From NCBI GenBank assembly GCA_045110495.1, contig JBGCGE010000010.1, positions 2,392-66,391 of the forward strand: 64,000 nucleotides of DNA. Reading direction: 5' to 3'. Position 1 is the stretch's first letter. Each line of letters starts with the position of its first letter. The translations under genes and the position numbers were made by a program. Origin of the DNA: Gammaproteobacteria bacterium (lineage in GTDB: Bacteria; Pseudomonadota; Gammaproteobacteria; CAJXQU01). The notes beneath the pieces were generated by a model, which was not told where the DNA came from, did not search any database, and saw only the letters and a program-made list of their open reading frames with translations. Of the stretch, positions 58,634 through 64,000 are shown piece after piece.

Positions 58634-61600
58634 TTAATCCGTTTTTTGCTCAGGCAAAGGTAACTTTTCTTTTTTAGAACGGATGTTAAATGAGTTCCAT
58701 AATCCATTCTTAGAAAAACACTCCCAGCCCCAGCGTAACCATCTAAGGAGCGCGAAAGCGAGCCATAATGACCACAATAGCATTAGCACCCGATAGACAA
58801 TGAGTGGTACGGAAAATATCCATGCCTGCGGTGGAATATTAGCAATTCTATCCTGGTACCAATTGAGGCCATATGCATTCGATCCATTACCGGAAATTTG
58901 CATTTCAGGGCTGCCTAATAATCCCTGTTGAATTGCTCCAAATAAGACGCCAAGTGCAATAAAGGTCAGCGCACCTAAACCAAGCTGGATCAGATTAAAC
59001 TTCCATTTACTTAAGTCCGTATCAAGTTTTTCTCTAATGCTAAATGCTAATAACCAGGCAACGACAAGCACGGCTGAAAAAATAGGTGCCTGACTCAAAC
59101 CGATCGCGAGTAATAACCACTGCAAGGTCGTGAGTGGTGTATTTTTGATCCTGCCCAGTGCAATGGCGACTAAAAGTATGACAATCAGGATGCCCCAAAA
59201 TAATACTGCGGGCCCCCATTGCGGACCACCGGCTAAAAGTACCCAACGATCTCGTCCGGGCATAAGTTTGATTGCATGGTTAACACTTGCCGTTGCAAGA
59301 TCAATTTCAGGTGTTTTTTGAAAACTGACAATGCCTTCTGATTCACGCCAGCGTAGGTTGATGATTTGTTTTCCAGGGCGAACTGGTAGAGTCACAGATT
59401 GGCCATCTTGCCTGATAGGTTGAGATTTCCCATCAATGGTGACGGACTGTAATCTGGCTAACTCTGGTAAATTGATCGTATGTTGGCCACCCTGACTACT
59501 GCGTAGCGAAAGTCGTAGATCAACGTCTGTTGCACGCTGGCCTGGCGTGACAGTCATCTCAGAACTGTCAATGGTAAGCGTTTGGCCATCAATACCTTGA
59601 GGGCGGGTGATGTTTAAAGTAACAGATTCACCCGGCCAAGGTCGCCAGTTGGGTAGCCAGCGACCATCCGGGTTTTGATGATGTACAACGGCAATTCCTT
59701 CGGTTTCCATATGCCAGATCGGGCTGATATCGGCATACCAGAATTCTGTCCAGTTAGTGGTTTCAGCTGCACTGAGCTTGATCTGCTCGCTCGCTTTAAG
59801 ACTGGATTCCCATTGAATAGTGGATTGGTTAGCCGACATATTAATCAGTACATAATTGTCCTTAATATTTATGCCATCACTTAAAATTGACTCTCCCTCT
59901 ACCATGGGTACTTTGAGCACAATAGCGGTGCCCGTTGGCGATGTCCGGACAACTCGGGTTTCGATCCGCCAGTCAAGTCCAAGTCTTAAAGTGCGATGTA
60001 TTTGTACAAAGGGAGGTAAGGTTGCCGCTTCAAGTATTGTTGATTTTTGTTCGCCCCGTTTTTTTACTCGATTTAGTTTGAGTTGATTGTCTGGACGCCC
60101 GTTTTCATGCAGCCCTACAATGTCCCAACCATCGGCACTGAACGTCACGCGGGCAGGTTTTAAAGGTAAAGCCAGATCCACACTGTTTTGAGCAGGGAGT
60201 TGTCCAAACAAGATCAATTGATGAACGCCTTTTTTGAGAGAAATCCACAGTTGGCCTTTTTTATCTTTGTGTAAACCACTTGCTGGTTCGCCATTAACCG
60301 CAATTTGAGTGGGCACCCACTTACCTGACATTCCAGGTATAGGAATGATCACATCATCAATAGTATGAATTTCCATTCTTAATTGCAGGCTGTCAGGTTT
60401 GACTTCTATTTTCATCCGCGGTGCGTTTGCACAAACAGGCAAACATTCTGCGGGTGCGAGTAGTCTTGTTTTTAATTCCTGTAATAATTCTGGCGTAGGA
60501 ATTTCGGCATAGCTGTCTTGTGGTTGAATCGTGAACAGGATCGGTAATAACAAAATAGCGGCGATTTTGTCAGCTTTTAAACTGGGTAAGTTTTCTTTGA
60601 GCTTTTTAGGATCGATGATTAAGAATGCCAGACCAGCGAGCAACAAGACCCGAAAGATGTTCAGTAATAAGTTAACTCGTGGAGAGAGTAATGTGAACTC
60701 GATCTGCTGGTTTTTTTCAACCGGGCCATTCCAGCTAAGCGGTGTAGCATTCCATTGCCAGAAGGGTAAACCAGGGCCAGTTTGGATATTTGTCTTGGCA
60801 TCATATTGGACAGGAAATTTTGATCTGTTTTGTGATACATATTCATTAGAACTACCTGACATTTGTTTTCTTGGTGCAGATTTTCTTTCTTGCCTGATCA
60901 TACTTTCTTCCATTTCGATCATATCTGCTTCAACCACCATTGGTTCAGCTTGTGTAACTTGGCTTTGATTACGAATAGAAGCCGAATCGCGAACATTGAC
61001 ACTTTGCCAGGCTCTTTCAACTTGTGGGTAAAGTCCAATCCGGATTTCATTTATCATGAAAGGAATAGAAATCAGGATCAAAACCAATATGGAAAGGTTG
61101 CGATAACTACTGACCAGCGCTTTAAACTTACCTTCAGGTATAACCCGAACTAATGCGATGGCCGCAATAATATGTAGCCAGATATATTTTGGTGACCCAG
61201 GCTCATGCCAGAGCAAAGCTAAGCTGATTAAAGCTAGAATTCCAATACGCCAATTGTACAAATTACTAATCGCAATTGCAGTGATCAAAACCAGAAATAG
61301 ATCCAGTAATGTCCAGCGTTGCAGCCAGGTATCAGGAACTTGATCAACACCACTGGCCGAAAATAATTTCCATCCTGGTGGAAGATGTAACGTTGCGCGG
61401 ACTTGCTGAAAATCGTGATCCCAACCAACCGCATTTATCTGGCTGACGTCTCCCTCGTAGCGACTATCTGCGGCAAGATTTACTGTACCGCGTCGAACCT
61501 CAACGCCTTTTTTGTCAATAAATTTAGTGATGAACTGCGGTTCTCCATCAAGAATTACACGGCCCAAATCCAAATTTTGTGTGGCTTCAAGACGCCAACC

Positions 61601-62716
61601 TTTGGTCATGCGACCGTTGATTGTGTCGCTTATAGTAAAACCTTCACCGGTTTGATCAAGCCATAAGTTTCGGTTTAATGTCAGCGTATCTGGTTCGGGT
61701 TCCGGATCGCCTCGTCGAATGACGTTGAATGAAAGTGCATCATTTGTATTCATGCGAAATGCAGGGAGTTGACGCCATTGTTCTGGCATTTGTGTTTGTT
61801 GAGGATCAATGCTTGTTCCTCCACTCACTTCGACTAAGCGGAGTTGGTTTTGCGCAGAAAAAGACCAAATCTCTTGCGTTGGCCAAGGTGTTTTTTGTTC
61901 TGGTAAAGAGAGTTCGGTAATTTGATTAGGCAGACGCATGGTGAGATCAATCGTCCAACGACCTGGGCGGAGTTGCACACGTAAGCTTCCGTCAGGCTCC
62001 AGGCGAGCAGGTAGGCTACTGACCAGCTGTAATGGGATGGCTCCTGTAAGTAAAGGCTTACCTATTACCATTTCACGCTGTTTACCCGACACCTGAATAT
62101 CTATTCGGGTAGTAATTTGCATTGGGATTTCATCTACAATTTGACGATAAACATCTAGATGAATTTTCTCCCCAACACCATTAGCGAGTTTTTTTTGTTT
62201 GATCCAGAGCTGGCCATTCTGGAAATCTGGAAAATCGATAGTTTTATGATTAACAGAAAGCGATACAAGTCCGGTATCTTGTGGAATGGTCAGCGCTTTT
62301 GGCATATTTTGCCATTCAAATTTCCCGGCTATTTCATGCTCGCCCGCGGTTAACAAAGCGGCAGGCTTTCCGTTGCGGTTCGTAATACTGATGATAGAAC
62401 CATTATCAGTGACATCAACAGGCCAATGTTTTTGATCACCCGGCAAGGTCACCCAACTCTTTTTATAAACATGCCATGTAATCGAGAATTCACCAGATCG
62501 TGACTGTAGAGACAGATCAAGTCTTGTCGGCCATGCGCAACGATGCTGATTTGGGTTGTTGTAGATGAACGGACAGGTTTTTTGTTTTTGATCCTGGAGC
62601 ACCCAGTCGATCCAGGGTCCTAATGGATCAGGAATCTCACTTTTTGAAATGGGGGCTGCATTAACTGGAAGGGTGAAATTGAGTAGAACGAAAAGCAGGA
62701 AAAATAGGCGAGTCAT
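58634..62716 (-). CDS. Large hypothetical envelope protein (1360 aa) with duplicated architecture
   Basis: Signal peptide; two beta-rich modules, each followed by TM helices. Confidence 0.85.
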   Translation of the reverse strand: MTRLFFLLFVLLNFTLPVNAAPISKSEIPDPLGPWIDWVLQDQKQKTCPFIYNNPNQHRCAWPTRLDLSLQSRSGEFSITWHVYKKSWVTLPGDQKHWPVDVTDNGSIISITNRNGKPAALLTAGEHEIAGKFEWQNMPKALTIPQDTGLVSLSVNHKTIDFPDFQNGQLWIKQKKLANGVGEKIHLDVYRQIVDEIPMQITTRIDIQVSGKQREMVIGKPLLTGAIPLQLVSSLPARLEPDGSLRVQLRPGRWTIDLTMRLPNQITELSLPEQKTPWPTQEIWSFSAQNQLRLVEVSGGTSIDPQQTQMPEQWRQLPAFRMNTNDALSFNVIRRGDPEPEPDTLTLNRNLWLDQTGEGFTISDTINGRMTKGWRLEATQNLDLGRVILDGEPQFITKFIDKKGVEVRRGTVNLAADSRYEGDVSQINAVGWDHDFQQVRATLHLPPGWKLFSASGVDQVPDTWLQRWTLLDLFLVLITAIAISNLYNWRIGILALISLALLWHEPGSPKYIWLHIIAAIALVRVIPEGKFKALVSSYRNLSILVLILISIPFMINEIRIGLYPQVERAWQSVNVRDSASIRNQSQVTQAEPMVVEADMIEMEESMIRQERKSAPRKQMSGSSNEYVSQNRSKFPVQYDAKTNIQTGPGLPFWQWNATPLSWNGPVEKNQQIEFTLLSPRVNLLLNIFRVLLLAGLAFLIIDPKKLKENLPSLKADKIAAILLLPILFTIQPQDSYAEIPTPELLQELKTRLLAPAECLPVCANAPRMKIEVKPDSLQLRMEIHTIDDVIIPIPGMSGKWVPTQIAVNGEPASGLHKDKKGQLWISLKKGVHQLILFGQLPAQNSVDLALPLKPARVTFSADGWDIVGLHENGRPDNQLKLNRVKKRGEQKSTILEAATLPPFVQIHRTLRLGLDWRIETRVVRTSPTGTAIVLKVPMVEGESILSDGINIKDNYVLINMSANQSTIQWESSLKASEQIKLSAAETTNWTEFWYADISPIWHMETEGIAVVHHQNPDGRWLPNWRPWPGESVTLNITRPQGIDGQTLTIDSSEMTVTPGQRATDVDLRLSLRSSQGGQHTINLPELARLQSVTIDGKSQPIRQDGQSVTLPVRPGKQIINLRWRESEGIVSFQKTPEIDLATASVNHAIKLMPGRDRWVLLAGGPQWGPAVLFWGILIVILLVAIALGRIKNTPLTTLQWLLLAIGLSQAPIFSAVLVVAWLLAFSIREKLDTDLSKWKFNLIQLGLGALTFIALGVLFGAIQQGLLGSPEMQISGNGSNAYGLNWYQDRIANIPPQAWIFSVPLIVYRVLMLLWSLWLAFALLRWLRWGWECFSKNGLWNSFNIRSKKEKLPLPEQKTD

Positions 62717-63031
62717 CTGACTTCCTCAAGTAGGCATTTTCTATTTATGGCTAAAACTTAGTAGCAGTATAAAACTAATTATTGTTATTTTCAGGGTTAG
62801 CAAGATTTGTTCCGATCAAATGTGACACATGTAGTAAACTTTTTTTAGTGATAGAAGCAGTAACCAGACAAAATAAGTTTTGGATCTTGTTGGCCAACTA
62901 AATAATTTTTATAAAAAAAAGAATACATCGGCCGTCCAAAACGATTGATGTTTCTGATCACTACTATTGAGAATTAGATTTTAAAGAGAGGTTCTAAAAG
63001 ACTTCCAATGATCAAATTATTACAAGCTAAT

Positions 63032-64000
63032 TTAGCCATGAACACGGTTTGTTGGTAAGCCTCTAGAAGCTGAATAAAATAGTAATTTTAATAACTGATC
63101 ATTGCTTACAAAAAGATTCGTTAACGCAATTGTTCTTTTAACTTCTTTGCGGCTGATTTTGACTTGAGCGCTGTGTATGAAGGCTCTGTTTTTGTTTATT
63201 TTATTTAACGTTAAAATTGCCATTCCTATAGCCCACAAACAAAATTTTCTTATCCCTTTCTCATGCCTTGGAATAAGCAATGTGTATTGCAATGCATTTT
63301 CTAGATGGTTGCGAGCTAGCCCAAGTAGTTCACCGAGGCCTTGCTGGAATGCCGGACTATTGTTACCACTGCCACTACTGCTAAGGTCAGAAAGATCAAA
63401 CCCATATTTCGAAAATGTTTCCTGTGGTAACCAACATGCCCCTCGTTTTTGGTCATCCCATATATCTTTTAGTATATTAGTCATTTGTAAGCCTTGACCA
63501 AATGAGACCGACAATTTCATTAAAATGTCGTGGTTGGTATTAATCTCATCACTGTAATCACAGAATAGCTTTGCCAACATTTCTCCGACTACACCTGCAA
63601 CGTAGTAACAATAATCATCCAGTGCTTCGAGATTTAGAAGACCGTTAAGTGTTTCTTTTTCTTGATAATCAGCCATACCTTTAGCCATGATTCTGACACA
63701 GGTTGTCAGGGCATTTTTTTGATTTAGATTGTAACTCTGCGTGATTCTAATAATACGATCGGTGTTTTTGATCAGATCTCGCTCACTGGCTAGCGTTTTG
63801 TCGGAAAGTAGAGGGGACAGTTTATTTGCAAAGACTTTGGCGGTTTCTTTACCATCAACAACATTGATGAACTGATCGGTAAAAAAGCGTTTTTGATTTG
63901 TTGAGAGAGTAACTTCGTCCTCTATTGTGTCTGCTATACGACAGAGTAAATAAGCATTGCCAACCACGGATCGAAGTTGTTCTGGTAATTGTGGAATAGT
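63032..64000 (-). CDS. Squalene/phytoene synthase family enzyme (SQS-like), 5' end outside window
   Basis: YLLCRIADTIED, YCYYVAGVVG, GLQMTNILKD; frame open to the window edge (TIPQLP). Confidence 0.9.
   Translation of the reverse strand, partial: TIPQLPEQLRSVVGNAYLLCRIADTIEDEVTLSTNQKRFFTDQFINVVDGKETAKVFANKLSPLLSDKTLASERDLIKNTDRIIRITQSYNLNQKNALTTCVRIMAKGMADYQEKETLNGLLNLEALDDYCYYVAGVVGEMLAKLFCDYSDEINTNHDILMKLSVSFGQGLQMTNILKDIWDDQKRGACWLPQETFSKYGFDLSDLSSSGSGNNSPAFQQGLGELLGLARNHLENALQYTLLIPRHEKGIRKFCLWAIGMAILTLNKINKNRAFIHSAQVKISRKEVKRTIALTNLFVSNDQLLKLLFYSASRGLPTNRVHG

Overview
An AT-rich gammaproteobacterial chromosome segment. Core DNA occupies 1-29.2 kb: the dcw tail (murG-murC-murB-ddl-ftsQAZ-lpxC), dciA, an M23 peptidase, secA-argJ-mutT, pilBCD-coaE-zapD-yacG, an HDOD/Ser-Thr kinase/PP2C/FHA signalling run, glnK-amtB and fdxA. 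About 18.5 kb of accessory DNA lies between the co-oriented mutS and fdxA. Its mutS-proximal end is an integrase-less integron array. This has an attI-like site, two complete cassettes with perfectly matching core sites (one encodes an RxxxxH HEPN-like protein, the other a PD-(D/E)xK-like protein with hydrophobic C-terminal helices; both are candidate anti-phage effectors) and a third cassette stub that ends at a GGGGTC-T-GACCCC palindrome. The accessory region also holds a divergent GST-fold gene pair, a Cys/His-rich unknown protein, a PEP-CTERM-like protein with CsrA-type leader hairpins, a secreted aspartyl protease behind a sigma54 promoter with tandem NtrC-type sites, and oadGAB. After mutS come a DUF1538x2/PII-like/CBS operon, htpG (sigma32 promoter), arfB, a DEAD-box helicase with a structured leader, a TSUP transporter, a CxxCH membrane protein, a 1360-aa internally duplicated membrane protein and a partial squalene synthase. 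I saw no tRNA, rRNA, CRISPR array, transposase or integrase. All family assignments come from motif recognition by eye, not from database searches.
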